Of a DNA stretch of 64,000 bases, positions 1-10,897 are shown piece after piece. How positions within the stretch are numbered: position 1 is the first letter of the stretch; each line of letters opens with the position of its first letter. Origin of the DNA: Mantamonas sphyraenae STR306 (taxonomy: Eukaryota > Protista > CRuMs); the NCBI GenBank assembly GCA_026936335.1, contig JAPMXV010000050.1, positions 210,102 through 274,101 of the forward strand, given 5' to 3'. The notes beneath the pieces were generated by a model. That model saw nothing but the letters and a program-made list of their open reading frames with translations, was not told the DNA's origin and ran no database searches. Position numbers and translations under genes: made by a program.

Positions 1-25
1 GACGACGCCTTTGCCACTGCCACAG

Positions 26-340
26 AAAATCAATCAACTGATGGAAGAGGAAGAGGAACAAGGCCACCTGAGGCTCATGGTCGAAGGAGGCGGCTGCTCG
101 GGCTTCTCCTACCGCTTCGAGCTGGAACCCGGCAGCAAGGCCGGCCCACAGGACATGGTTTACGAAAAGAACGGCGCACGACTCGTCGTCGATCCAGAGT
201 CGTTGTTGTATGTACAGGGCAGTGAGATCGACTATGTGGAGGAGCTCATTGGCAGCGAGTTTAAGATTGCCGCCAATCCAAACGCAGAGTTTGCCTGCGG
301 CTGCGGCCAGAGCTTCTCCTTGCGCGAAATGATGGGATGA
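26..340 (+). CDS. ISCA2: Fe-S cluster assembly A-type carrier (IscA2/HesB family), last exon; 5' part lies outside the window
   Basis: Motifs LRLMVEGGGCSGFSY, LVVDPESLLYVQGSEIDY and NPNAEFACGCGQSF; acceptor cacAG at 21-25; TGA at 338-340. Confidence 0.9.
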   Translation, partial: KINQLMEEEEEQGHLRLMVEGGGCSGFSYRFELEPGSKAGPQDMVYEKNGARLVVDPESLLYVQGSEIDYVEELIGSEFKIAANPNAEFACGCGQSFSLREMMG

Positions 341-405
341 GGTGTGTAGCGATGGAGGAATACCAATGCACCAATGCACCAATGCATGTGTTCAAGAGAT
401 GCGTT

Positions 406-1436
406 TTACTCGCGCGATCCACGGCCAGCACCGCGGCCTCCGCTGCGCTGCTGCGAACGGTAGCCACCACGGCCAGCACCACGGCCTCCACCGTAGTTGG
501 GCTTAAAGTCACCCTCGTCCTTGCCCTTGCGGAAGTTCTCGCCACCCTCCTGGCGCGGGCCACGGGCAGAGGCAACACGCGTCGACTTCTTCAGCGTCAT
601 GGGGATCACGTCCGACGGCAGGTGCAGGAACTCACGCAGGTAGTCGATGCCCTCGTCTGTCAGGAACGCATACTTGTAGCGGAAGCAGTACGTCACACGC
701 ACGTACTTCAGGCTCTGTGTGAAGAGAAGGAGGCGGCCAGACGCAAACGCGCAATGTTGGCGCAAAATTGGGGTGAGCACATGCGCCCGTTTCCTGTCTC
801 TCTGCTTCGTTCTCCTGCCCTCTACATCCTCCACCTCTATGCACTGATGTGTCTGCATGCATGGGTGGCCACGGTGTGTCCACGTCGCCTGGGTGCTCCT
901 CCTCCACCCTCCCCAGGCACGTTTCCCTCCACCAGCCCCTTTTTGCATGCTGCCCACAACTCGCTCTCCTTTGCCCTCCTGTGTCCACCCATCCCTCCTT
1001 CCCTTCATCCATCACTCCCATCCCTCCTCCACCCACTCTCCATCCCACTCTCCAACCCGGTCTCCTCCACCGCCACTCTCCCTTTCACTCACCTCCAGGC
1101 GCTTCATCAGCATCAGCACGTGCAGGTTGGGGATCTCACCCAGCTGCTTGTGCGACTGCTGATGCACGTCGTGCTTGCACACAAGCACACCCTCTGTACA
1201 CACCAGCCCATCCATCCATCCCCACACGTCGTGTCGTCACCCGTTGGTCCACCACAGCCGTTGTACGTCCATTCTTTGTGTCAGCCGCCTTGCATTTCTC
1301 CCTCTGCCCGTTCCTTTCGCCGCCCCTTCCTGACGCTCCTGCACCCTTTCCCACCCCTCGCAACGCCCTCCCCACACGCACCTTTGAACAGATAGCGGTA
1401 GACCAGCACACGCGTCTTCTTGGGAATAAGCACCAT
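406..1436 (-). CDS. RPS10: 40S ribosomal protein S10 (eS10), 3 exons (1436-1382, 1193-1093, 714-406)
   Basis: Spliced product MVLIPKKTRVLVYRYLFKEGVLVCKHD...IPNLHVLMLMKRLESLKYVR...LTDEGIDYLREFLHLPSDVIPMTL with an RGG tail; GT-AG introns restore the frame. Confidence 0.95.
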
Positions 1437-1533
1437 GTTGAATTCGGCTGCCGTAGCAAGCGCCCTTTTCCATTAACACACAACCCACAACCCACAGCAC
1501 AACACAACTCGCTCCTCAATGTCGTCCGCTCGC

Positions 1534-3681
1534 TCACGCCACATCCATGGCACTTCCGCTTCCACTGCTGCTACTGCTGCTGTTGCTTCCTGCGCTGCTG
1601 CCGCCGTTGCGTTGGCGCATCTGCACTGTTCGCAGCCTGTTGATGGCCGCCGCCAGGTCGTAGATTCGCGGACGTGCATAGTCGCCTGTGGCACGACGCG
1701 GGTTGACCACATCGAGACCCACCTCTGCATCAAAGGCCTCGTCAAGCTTGGTGAGCATCTCCTGCAGGGTGAGGGAGTTGTCCATCAGCGTGTCACGCAG
1801 AAAGATGATGGCATCGCCAATGCAGCGCACCTGCGATCGGTCCGTGAGCTGCTCAATGGCCCCAAGGTCGATTTCGGTCATGCCAAACCCAATGCTGCGG
1901 TCCTTGACCTTGATCTTTTCCTTGTTGCCACGGTAGGCGTTGAAGGAGCTTGCCACAGGGATGCGCTCCACAATGTCCACAAACTCGGTGTCTGCGTGTG
2001 CACTGATGTTGCTCGGGTTCTCCAGCGCAATCTGTTTGGCCTCCTGCGTCAGATCCGAAGCCGAGTACGAATCCATGGCAATCACACAGTCGGCCACGTC
2101 AAAGTACTCGCCTGCGCCACCAATCACCATGATGGTGCTCACGTTCAGCTTGTCTTTGATGTGTTCCACCCGCGAGATGAACGGTGTGATCGGCTCCTTG
2201 TCCTTGCTGATCAGCTTGGCCATCCTGTCCGATCGCAGCATGAAATTCGTCGCGCATGTGTCCTCGTCCAACAGCAGCAACCTTGAACCCATCTCCAGAC
2301 TTTCCAGAATGTACGCTGCCTGTGACGTCGACCCACTTGCGTCCGGTGTGGAAAAGTCGTCTGTGCGTTTGCCAAACGGCAGGTTGTCGATGAACGGCGT
2401 GATGTTCACGCCTGCAATTGACCGACCATCCTCGGCACGAATCTTCATGGCGCTGTCCACACACGAGACGAGCTCGCGGCCGTCACCGGGCACGTGGTTG
2501 TACACTCCCAGGGAAATGGCGTTGAGGAGGGTGGACTTGCCGTGGAAGCCACCGCCGACAATGAGGGTGATGCCTTCAGGGATGCCCATGCCTGTGACAC
2601 TGCCCTGGTTGGGCAACTCCACAGTCACCTCCAACGACGGCGGGCTGGCAAACAACACCGCCTCGTTCTTGCGCATGGGCTTGTCCGACGCACCACTCTC
2701 ACGCGGCAAAAGGGCCCCATTGGCCACAAAGGCCACCAGGCCCAGGGAAGGCAGCTGTGTGCGCAGGTGCTCCTGGTCCTCCACGCTTTCCACGTGCGCC
2801 TGCAGCGACTCGCCGTCCAGCGAGGCATACATCAAACAATCACGCACCGCATTGGGGATACACTCGCAGCAGACGTAGGCGGCCATGCGACCCATGATGG
2901 TGCGTCCTCGTGCGGGCATGCCCACGGTGAAGCGGGCCTCGACGTAGTCCGCGTTGATGCTGATCGAAGTGCGTTGCAACACGTGCTGCGACGGCCGATC
3001 CATGCTCAGGTCGCCTCCCTTTGCTCCATGCCAGCCTCCTCCGCCACTGTTCTGCACTTGGTCAAACTTGCGGTTGTGCAGGTAGTCGCAGGTGACGCGT
3101 GTGACGTAGTCCTCTGCAGCCACCTGTCGCACAAGGGTCTTGTACAGCTCGCTGGGGAATCCTGCCACGTCTGCAGGCACCACTGCACGGAAGCGTGACG
3201 GAGCAGCATATGGATCCGACTGCACATAGTCGCACACCAGCACAAAGTCGCCAAAGTCGTAGCCCACCCCACGGATGTCGTTGTACGCCTTGTACGACTT
3301 GCCGTCCAGGTAGTTCAGTGTGTCACTCAGTGCTTCGCCCGTCGCGCTTGCTTGCGGTGCCTCCACACGTTCCAACGACGGAATTCTGCCTGTTGCCTTG
3401 CTCGTGTCCACCTGCTGGTTGTTGTTGTTGTCGTAGCTGTCGTAACCACCCCCACCACCTCCACCTCCATGGTGCCTTCCTCCTCCACCACCTCCTCCAT
3501 ACTTGTTCTTGTAGTAGGCTCCTCGTCCACCACCACCACCTCCTCGGCCTCCGCCTCCACCACCGCCTCCTCCTCCTCCTCGGCCTCCGCCTCCACTGCG
3601 TCCTCCACCGTACTTGTTCTTGTAATAGTTTCCTCGGCCGCCTCCGCCGCCGCCGCGTCGATGATGTCCTCCTCCACTCAT
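1534..3681 (-). CDS. ABC-class ATPase (COG3044 / MRB1590-like) with Gly/RGG-rich N-terminus
   Basis: Motifs LDGKSYKAY, DYVQSDPYAAPSR, Walker A GGGFHGKSTLL, RAEDGR, ASGSTSQAA and Walker B LLLLDEDTCATNFM; first ATG (MSGGGHH) at 3681. Confidence 0.9.
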   Translation of the reverse strand: MSGGGHHRRGGGGGGRGNYYKNKYGGGRSGGGGRGGGGGGGGGGGRGGGGGGRGAYYKNKYGGGGGGGRHHGGGGGGGGYDSYDNNNNQQVDTSKATGRIPSLERVEAPQASATGEALSDTLNYLDGKSYKAYNDIRGVGYDFGDFVLVCDYVQSDPYAAPSRFRAVVPADVAGFPSELYKTLVRQVAAEDYVTRVTCDYLHNRKFDQVQNSGGGGWHGAKGGDLSMDRPSQHVLQRTSISINADYVEARFTVGMPARGRTIMGRMAAYVCCECIPNAVRDCLMYASLDGESLQAHVESVEDQEHLRTQLPSLGLVAFVANGALLPRESGASDKPMRKNEAVLFASPPSLEVTVELPNQGSVTGMGIPEGITLIVGGGFHGKSTLLNAISLGVYNHVPGDGRELVSCVDSAMKIRAEDGRSIAGVNITPFIDNLPFGKRTDDFSTPDASGSTSQAAYILESLEMGSRLLLLDEDTCATNFMLRSDRMAKLISKDKEPITPFISRVEHIKDKLNVSTIMVIGGAGEYFDVADCVIAMDSYSASDLTQEAKQIALENPSNISAHADTEFVDIVERIPVASSFNAYRGNKEKIKVKDRSIGFGMTEIDLGAIEQLTDRSQVRCIGDAIIFLRDTLMDNSLTLQEMLTKLDEAFDAEVGLDVVNPRRATGDYARPRIYDLAAAINRLRTVQMRQRNGGSSAGSNSSSSSSGSGSAMDVA

Positions 3682-3760
3682 GTTTGTGGTGAGTATTCCT
3701 GTGTGTGTGTGTTTTGGTGGCGGAGGCGGCGCAGCCCGAAACACAGCTTTCCGACAACGC

Positions 3761-5789
3761 ATGCAAGAGGAATTCAACCACAGGGCACACCTGCTGATTG
3801 TGTACGGCAGCGAAACGGGCTGCTCGCAGGAGGTGGCGGAACACATGGCCCGCGAGGCCAAGCGCAGGCGCTTTACGGCTCGTGTTCAGTCCGGCGACCA
3901 AGTGGACGTCGCCAGCCTGCCCGACGAAGAGGCGGTGTTGTGGGTTTGCTCCACCACCGGCCAGGGCGAGGTGCCCGCCAACTTCAAGGTACGAAGCAAC
4001 CCGCAGCCAACCCGCGTGTGACATCCACTGACACCACCTGCCTGCATCATGCTTCCCACAGAGCCTCTGGAAGTTTCTGCTGCGCCGGTCGCTGCCAGGC
4101 GACTCGCTCAGCCGCGTGCTCTACGCCGTGTTTGGCCTGGGTGACAGCGGATACACATACTTCAACGTCACAGCCAAGAAGCTACACAAGCGCCTGGGCC
4201 AACTGGGAGCCCGTTCGCTGTGCAGTCTGGGTTTGGGCGACGACCAGCACGATCTCGGCGTCGACGGCGCCCTCGACCCGTGGCTGGACTCTCTGTGGAA
4301 GGCGTTGGACATCAAATTCCCCATGCACGAGGGCATGCAAGAGTTGGACGCCAGCACATTGCAGCCATCACGCTTCACAGTGCTGTATCAGCCACCTTCG
4401 GAAGCTGGAATGGACATTGAGCACCTCTCCTCGTCCTCCAACGGGATGTCCATGGTGGCAGTGGATGCAAAGGATGACACAGAGGCACAGAGTGGACGAG
4501 AACAGGGCTGGAGTGAGCGTCGACCGTGTCCGGCGGTACTGGAAGTGAACGATAGGTTGACGGCAGACGAATGGGAACAGAATGTGCGCCACCTGGAGTT
4601 TGCGGTGGATGTGGATGGGGAGGAGGCGGACGAAGAGGGAGAATCCAATGCGTTGGTGTTTGAGCCGGGGGATACGCTTGCATTGCGTCCGTGGAACAGT
4701 GAGGAGGCAGTGGACGAACTGTTGCAGGTTCTGGAATGGGATGGCGACCTGATGCTGTACGGTCTGCAGGCAAATGACACATACACACACGTTCCTGCGT
4801 TGGGAATGCCGTGTTCCCTTCGCACGCTGCTGACGCAGGAGCTGGACATTGCCCGTGCGCCGCGGCGCTTCTTCTTTGAGGCGCTGGCCCACTTTGCACA
4901 GGATGACAACGAACGCGAGCGTCTGGAGTACTTTGCCAGCAGCGAAGGGCAGGATGAGATGTATGCGTACTGCCAACGTGAACGGCGGCCTGTGGCGGAG
5001 GTGTTGGCGGACTTTCCATCCGCTCGACCCACCTTGGAGTACCTGCTGGACATGGTGGGCACCATTCGTGCACGTCAGTTTTCCATCAGCAGCAGTGCAC
5101 ATGCACACGCCGGACGCGTGCATCTCACCGTGGCTGTGGAGCGTGTGGTGACGCCGTACAAGAGGACGCGGCTGGGATTGTGTTCGTCGTGGCTGGCAGA
5201 ACTGCAGCCAGGAACCCAGGTGGGGGTGTGGTGCAAGAGGGGCACCATGCGACTTCCAGACTCGTTGGACACGCCCATTGTGTGTGTGGGGCCAGGCACA
5301 GGCTGCGCAGTGTTTCGCAGTTTCCTGCAGGAGCGTCAATGGCAACGGCGACAGCAGCAGCTGCAGAGGGAAGAGGATGGGCAAGAGGTGGAGGAGGAGG
5401 CGGCACACACATCCATGGACCGATTCTACTTTGGTTGCCGTCACGAAGCCATGGACTATCTGTACAGGGAGGAATGGGAGGCGATGGTGGAGGATGGAAC
5501 GCTGGGTGCGTTGAGATGTGCGTTTTCCAGGGACAACGCACAGGGACGTCGTGTGTATGTGCAGCATCGCATGCGACAGGACGGCAAGGCGCTGTGGAAG
5601 CTCATTGACGGCCATGGCGCAGTGGTGTACGTCAGTGGCTCGGCCAAGAACATGCCCCAGGATGTCAAGGAGGCTTTGCGACAGATTGTTCACGAACAGG
5701 GAGACATGTCCTTTGACGACGCCGTCCTTTACGTCAAGGCGATGGAGAAACGAGGGCAGTATCAAAGCGAGACGTGGAGCACAGGGTGA
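3761..5789 (+). CDS. NDOR1: NADPH-dependent diflavin oxidoreductase 1 (Tah18), 2 exons (3761-3988, 4062-5789)
   Basis: Flavodoxin YGSETG, STTGQGEVPANF, AVFGLGDSGY, GLGDDQH; FAD motif RQFSISS; NADPH motif VGPGTGCAVFRS; C-terminal YQSETWS. Confidence 0.95.
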
Positions 5790-5820
5790 GTGCGTGGCGT
5801 TGCGTTCCCTGGGCCAGCCA

Positions 5821-7200
5821 ATGCAATCCAAAACCACACCGCGGGTGGTGCATTCGTGGCTGCGTTGTTCGTTGCGTGCCACACGGTCGTCCATGGGCCA
5901 TGGCACGTGGCGGCGCGCTGCGTCGTTGCGAGTGATCCAGCCGACGTCCGGCTCTGCTTCCTCAAGGCCCCTTGTGGGCGTGCGTGGCATGCACACACAA
6001 ACAATGGGGATGGGAATGATGCGACGCAGTGGCACAGACGCCGCACGCACACACATGTCGCCTTTGGTGTGCGCCGTGCGCGCAGAGGCGGTGCCGGGCG
6101 TGGTGCGACGCTGGTCGAGCGGAGGCGCGTCACGGCCTCTGAGCCAAAATACGGGCCAAGAGGGCGGACGCGTGGTACAACGGACATTACTCACGGCAGA
6201 GGGGCGACGTGTGCTGCTGTGGAGTATGGGTCTGGTGTATCTGATCACCACAGCGATCCAGTTTGGGGTGCGGAACCTGCTCGAATGGTGGGATGCGCAG
6301 GAGGACCTGCCGAATCTGCTGTGCAACACACGGCACCTGGCCGTACGCACGCTGGAAGGGCCTATGCAGCGTGTATTTGCCTCCTCGTTTGTGCAGGTGG
6401 GCGACACACACGTCACCATGCGTCAGTCGCATCAGCTGTTCAAACTGGACCTCAATGCCCTCACCGACCTCTTTGACAACATGACACAGCACACGTACCC
6501 CCGTCCCATTCTCACCATGTACGACTTTTCCGTCGTCATGCGCCTTCGCATGCTGATTGAACCTCGGATGCAGCTGGAAACGACCACAACGCACGCGCGA
6601 AGACATAACCGTGGGCCACAACACAAGCACATCGACGATCCATCATCGTCATCATCATCATCCAACCACAAATCAGAATCACAGGAGATGGAGGAGGAGG
6701 AGGACGCAGTAGCGACCACGGTTGGTTTGTCTGCGTCATCGGCCATGGAGGACGAGCTGCTGTCTTTGGATGAAGACGGGTTTTATGGCCTTGTGCCTGT
6801 GTCGTACACAAACATGCCAAAGGACATTGAAAAGCTGCTGTGCACGGCTATGGAACAGTCGCACTGGCGATCACAGCTGGGGCCTGCGCGAGTGGCGGGC
6901 CGCTTCCTCGTCCTCGAGGTGGAACTGCACAAACGCCTCTTTGGCGGCTTTCTCATTGTGTCCATGTCGCTGAGCAACGGCGCAGACAAGATTATGCTCA
7001 TGGAAGAGCCACGGCGTGTGTTCAAGCCACGTCCCAAGCCACTTGAGAGCACGGCGAGTCCTGAGGGGCCCGGCACGACTTCGGATTCCACCAACCTGCA
7101 AGAGTACACCCTCCTGCTACCCTCCCTGGTCGTATCTCTGTTTAATTTCGACGTGGAGGATCGTGTCTGGATGCGCACAGATGCACCTGAGGTCCAATAG
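5821..7200 (+). CDS. Hypothetical protein with probable mitochondrial presequence and one TM segment
   Basis: Long ORF; Arg/Ser-rich, acid-poor N-terminus; hydrophobic segment VLLWSMGLVYLITTAIQFGV; no family recognised. Confidence 0.55.
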   Translation: MQSKTTPRVVHSWLRCSLRATRSSMGHGTWRRAASLRVIQPTSGSASSRPLVGVRGMHTQTMGMGMMRRSGTDAARTHMSPLVCAVRAEAVPGVVRRWSSGGASRPLSQNTGQEGGRVVQRTLLTAEGRRVLLWSMGLVYLITTAIQFGVRNLLEWWDAQEDLPNLLCNTRHLAVRTLEGPMQRVFASSFVQVGDTHVTMRQSHQLFKLDLNALTDLFDNMTQHTYPRPILTMYDFSVVMRLRMLIEPRMQLETTTTHARRHNRGPQHKHIDDPSSSSSSSNHKSESQEMEEEEDAVATTVGLSASSAMEDELLSLDEDGFYGLVPVSYTNMPKDIEKLLCTAMEQSHWRSQLGPARVAGRFLVLEVELHKRLFGGFLIVSMSLSNGADKIMLMEEPRRVFKPRPKPLESTASPEGPGTTSDSTNLQEYTLLLPSLVVSLFNFDVEDRVWMRTDAPEVQ

Positions 7201-9659
7201 AGCGAATTGCCTATCCCAGGTTCCCACGCTCACGCTAAACAGCCGCACTGGCGTCTTGCGAGGCACGTTGACAATGCGCTGGCGCTTGTCGTGGACGTGG
7301 CCGAGGGCGTTGTCTTGCAGACGGCTCTCCCACGCGTCCAGAAGGGACAACTTGCGCTTGTGTGCGTTGTACCCACCGTGAGTGAAGGTGACGTGGCCCA
7401 TGGGCGTCTTGCCCGTGTGTGTGCGCCATCCCAAATTCTTGTCGTCGGCCAAAAGACGTGCAATGCCCGTGTGCGGGATGGCCCTTCCGTTGGGTAGCCT
7501 CACATGAGGCACAGGCGTGTCACGCAGTGCCTGGCGCAGAAAGGCCATGTGGGCGGCGCCGAAAAACTCTGCCAGTTCCAACACTTCATACCATAGCTTC
7601 TTGGCATCGGCCACCTGGAGTTCACCAGCCTGGAGGACGGCGTGCAGCTCCAGAGCGTTGTTCTTCAACGCTTCCTGCGAGGATTCGTTGACACGATCCA
7701 TCTGACCTGTGCAGACGAGCTGAAAGGCGGTGCGCATGGGTTGCAACAAACGAAACACATTGCCATTCAAACGATTGCTCTCACGCCACATGACGGTGTC
7801 TGCGTCCACCAGGGGCATGCACCGCGTGAGCAGATCGCGTTTGCTGTGCGACTCGCGCATACGAAAGTCCAGAACGCGCATGCGACCCTCGTGCACAAAG
7901 CGCACATAGTCGAGTTTGTGTTTGGCCATAGCCAGTGGCATCTGTGAACTGCCCATGACCTTGGTGCGTGCCACCAGGCCCATCTTTGCACTTTCCACCT
8001 CGTCCACATCGTCAGCGTGAGTGTCCTGCCTCAGCTGCACCGGTCCGTGGCTGCCCAGCAACGCACGTGCTTTGATGGTGTTTACAAACTCTCGTGTTTT
8101 GAGATCGTTGTGCAGCCTGCCCGCAAACGGATAGGTGTTGCCTTGCACACGCACGCCCTCAGGTTTGTCCACAGTCATTGCGGCGAGGTTGTACGCGGTG
8201 GCACTTGGCAGCGGGGCCACGTGCAGGCCACGTCGCGTGCGTGTCAGCAGCCGTGTGCTGCCCGATCGTGCCTTTTTGCTCTTCTTTTGCTGGTTGTTGC
8301 CATGGTTGCCCACGCAGCAGAGGAAGAAGCGTCCATTGCGTGCCACAAGAACATGTGACGCCGTCTCTTCGTCTGGTTGTGTCTGATCGCTGCTTCCATG
8401 GCTGCTGGATGAGGATGAGGATGAGGAGGATGAGGAGGATGAGGATGATGAGGATGATGAGGATGATGAGGTGGCAGGGCCACGTCGCAGGGCCAGCCAG
8501 CAGGCATCGCCGCTGTTGAGAATGCGGGTGACAATGGGAAGACCGGCAATGTCGGTGAGGGTGAGTTGGTGTGTGCAAGTGATACGCATGCGACGGTGGT
8601 CTGCGTCGAGGCCTGCGCGTGGGTGGCATTCGCCGTGGCGGCTGGCCTTGCCCAGGTAGTGGAAATGCATGGTTTTGCGCATGCTGATGGGCGCGTGACA
8701 GTCGCTGTCGTGAGGCCGCAACACAAGGTGCATGTGTTCCGAACAGGCGTTGGGCTGGTCTTTGCGAAGGGGCACATTCTGCACCGTCAACCTGCGCAAG
8801 CCCGCAGCCTGCACAGCAGTCTCCAACACTGTCAGGGACAGATTGCGTGGACGCGTTTGCACATGGTTAGCCGCAGCCGCCCTTGTGTCTCTTCGGGCTC
8901 CTCCTGCAGGACGCAGGTGCCCTCCAAAGCACTGAGCTTGGCCGCTCGCGTGCTTTCCACGCTCGTCACCCACACCGAACTCTGCTTGCACTGTGTGGCC
9001 ATGTGTTTGGTCAGCACAGAGAGTCCTGCGCGTGTGAGACAGTAGGCAGAGTCGCCAGCAAAGTGGTTTTTGGCCAGGACGTGGACGGTGTGGAAGGCTG
9101 TGGGACGACCCCAGTTTTCGGCTTGGATAGCCATGCCCAGGATAAGCTCGCATGTGTCTCTGCATCTACACGGCGTCTGCTTGCCCTCGGTGATGTTTCC
9201 TTCGGCTGCGGAGATGCCACGTGCGTGCAGGGCCTGGACGAGAAGGGAGTGCGCTGCGCCGCAGGGCACAAACTCCTGCAGGGGCAGAAAGATCTGTTCT
9301 GCGTCGGCGTGGTTGAACACAGCCATCATGACGTTGACGTCGTAGGGAGCCACCTCGCTCAGCACTCGGATGGTGTTGAGCACAGCCTCCATGGCCAGTG
9401 CGTTGCCGCCGCGGTACACTCGCGAGTGCAACTTCTTCGGCTTGACACGCAGTGCGTCCGTCTCCACGCGCACCTCCACAATCTCCTGAGTGTTTGGCAC
9501 TTGTGTGCTCTCGATGGTCGTCTCTGCGCAGCAGCGCAGGTCCACCACAAACAGGATGTTGGTGGTGGTTGATGATGACGACGACGACGACGACGACGGC
9601 ATGCCCAACGCAACAGGTTCGTTTTGGTTCGGATGTCGCAGCAGGTCGATGCCAAACAT
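7117..9659 (-). CDS. INTS13: Integrator subunit 13 / Asunder-like protein, 2 exons (intron acceptor near 8832; start at 9659 or 9602)
   Basis: Colinear motifs resembling ASUN/INTS13: NILFVVDL, LTVQNVPLRKDQPN, CTHQLTLTDI, SHVLVARNGRFFL, LLTRCMPLV, KLWYEV. Frames are bridged by an intron (gctaac branch, ctgacAG acceptor; donor uncertain). Confidence 0.6.
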
Positions 9660-9674
9660 GACGTGCCCTCATGG

Positions 9675-10400
9675 ATGGACGACGTGTCCCACATTGTGTT
9701 TGACGTGACAGGCGTGCTGCGGGACTCGAGGGAGTCCATGGGCATCAGCATCGCCGCCGCTTTGGCGGAACACAGCGTGGAAGAACGTGTGCCGCACTGG
9801 GATGTGGACCAAGTGTGGCAACTGCGAGGCTACAACAGTTTCAATGGCCTGGGAAACGCCTTTGCTGCGCTCCTGGCCACAGGAGGCAAGCTGGAAGGGT
9901 TCCTGGATCGCGACGGGGCTGAAGAGGAATTGCTGCAGTTGTGTGCAGAAGGAGACTGCATGGAATTGGGCCAGAAACTGAAAAGCAGCTACCGGGCACA
10001 CTTTGCCAGTCTGAAGGAGGGCGTGCCGCTGATGGCAGGGGTGCCAGAGGCGCTGAAACAATTGGGAGCACGGTTTCGCCTTGGTGTGGTGTCCAACTCC
10101 ACACCCAAGAGTGTGGCACGTGACTTGGACGACGTGGCAAGTGAATTCGATTTGATTGTGGCGGATGCGTGCAAACCAGACACTCAGGTGTTTCTACAGG
10201 CGTTGTCGGAAGCCGGAGTTGAGCCACACAACGTCCTGTATGTCGGTGACGCCGTCAGTGACGTGACCATGGCCCATGCGGCGGGTGCCCACTCGTGCGC
10301 CGTGTTGGGTGGCATGGGCACCCGTGTCTTGCTGGAGGCCGCCCAGCCGGACCTGCTTGTCGACGATGTGCCTGCTTTGGCTGCGCTGCTGGCCCCATGA
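9675..10400 (+). CDS. HAD-superfamily hydrolase (phosphoglycolate-phosphatase-like)
   Basis: Motif I IVFDVTGVL, motif II GVVSNS, motif III CKPD, motif IV YVGDAVSDVTMAHAAG. Confidence 0.85.
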   Translation: MDDVSHIVFDVTGVLRDSRESMGISIAAALAEHSVEERVPHWDVDQVWQLRGYNSFNGLGNAFAALLATGGKLEGFLDRDGAEEELLQLCAEGDCMELGQKLKSSYRAHFASLKEGVPLMAGVPEALKQLGARFRLGVVSNSTPKSVARDLDDVASEFDLIVADACKPDTQVFLQALSEAGVEPHNVLYVGDAVSDVTMAHAAGAHSCAVLGGMGTRVLLEAAQPDLLVDDVPALAALLAP

Positions 10401-10407
10401 GCACACT

Positions 10408-10878
10408 CTACAATGAGATTTCCACGTCGTTTGAACCCCCAGTTCCACTGTACACATCTTTGCCCGTCTTTCCTGCGGCTACGTTGCGTTGCACGCTGGG
10501 CAGGCGCACAATGCCGATCGATTCGGGCAGCTGCTCGCCCAGGGTTTCGAGTGTTTCGTGACGCACCAGCGTAAACGCAGGCTGGGCCTCCTTCAACTCG
10601 CTCACCTGTGCGTCAAGTTTTGTCCTGTGTTCCAGCCACGCACGCGTCTTTTCTGTGATGTTGTCCACGCCCGCCAGCTCGCGCGCCACCTTGCGCTGCC
10701 TCGCATTCGCCTTTTGCGTCTGGGACACCTTGTCGCTGATGCGTTTGACTGAGCCACGGAACTGCACGGCGGCAGCGCAAGACAATGGAGTGTGTGACGT
10801 GTGTCAGGGGGACAGAGAGAGAGAGAGAGTGTGTGTGTGTGGTGGTGGCTTGAGGGGTGGGGTGGGACAACCGACCAT
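10408..10878 (-). CDS. Small hypothetical protein (~118 aa); ATG-only first exon (10878-10876) plus exon 10761-10408
   Basis: ATG|GTCGGT donor and gtgcAG acceptor give MFRGSVKRISDKV...; basic N-terminus, possibly mitochondrial; no family recognised. Confidence 0.55.
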
Positions 10879-10897
10879 GCTTTGCTTTCGTTTGCAT

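Noticed and set aside
715-1092. Possible intronic snoRNA in the long RPS10 intron
   Set aside because: No convincing C/D or H/ACA box pair; the intron is mostly purine-rich low-complexity sequence.
26-5789. IscA and NDOR1 as an Fe-S gene cluster
   Set aside because: They belong to different pathways (mitochondrial ISC versus cytosolic CIA) and are separated by unrelated genes; probably coincidence.
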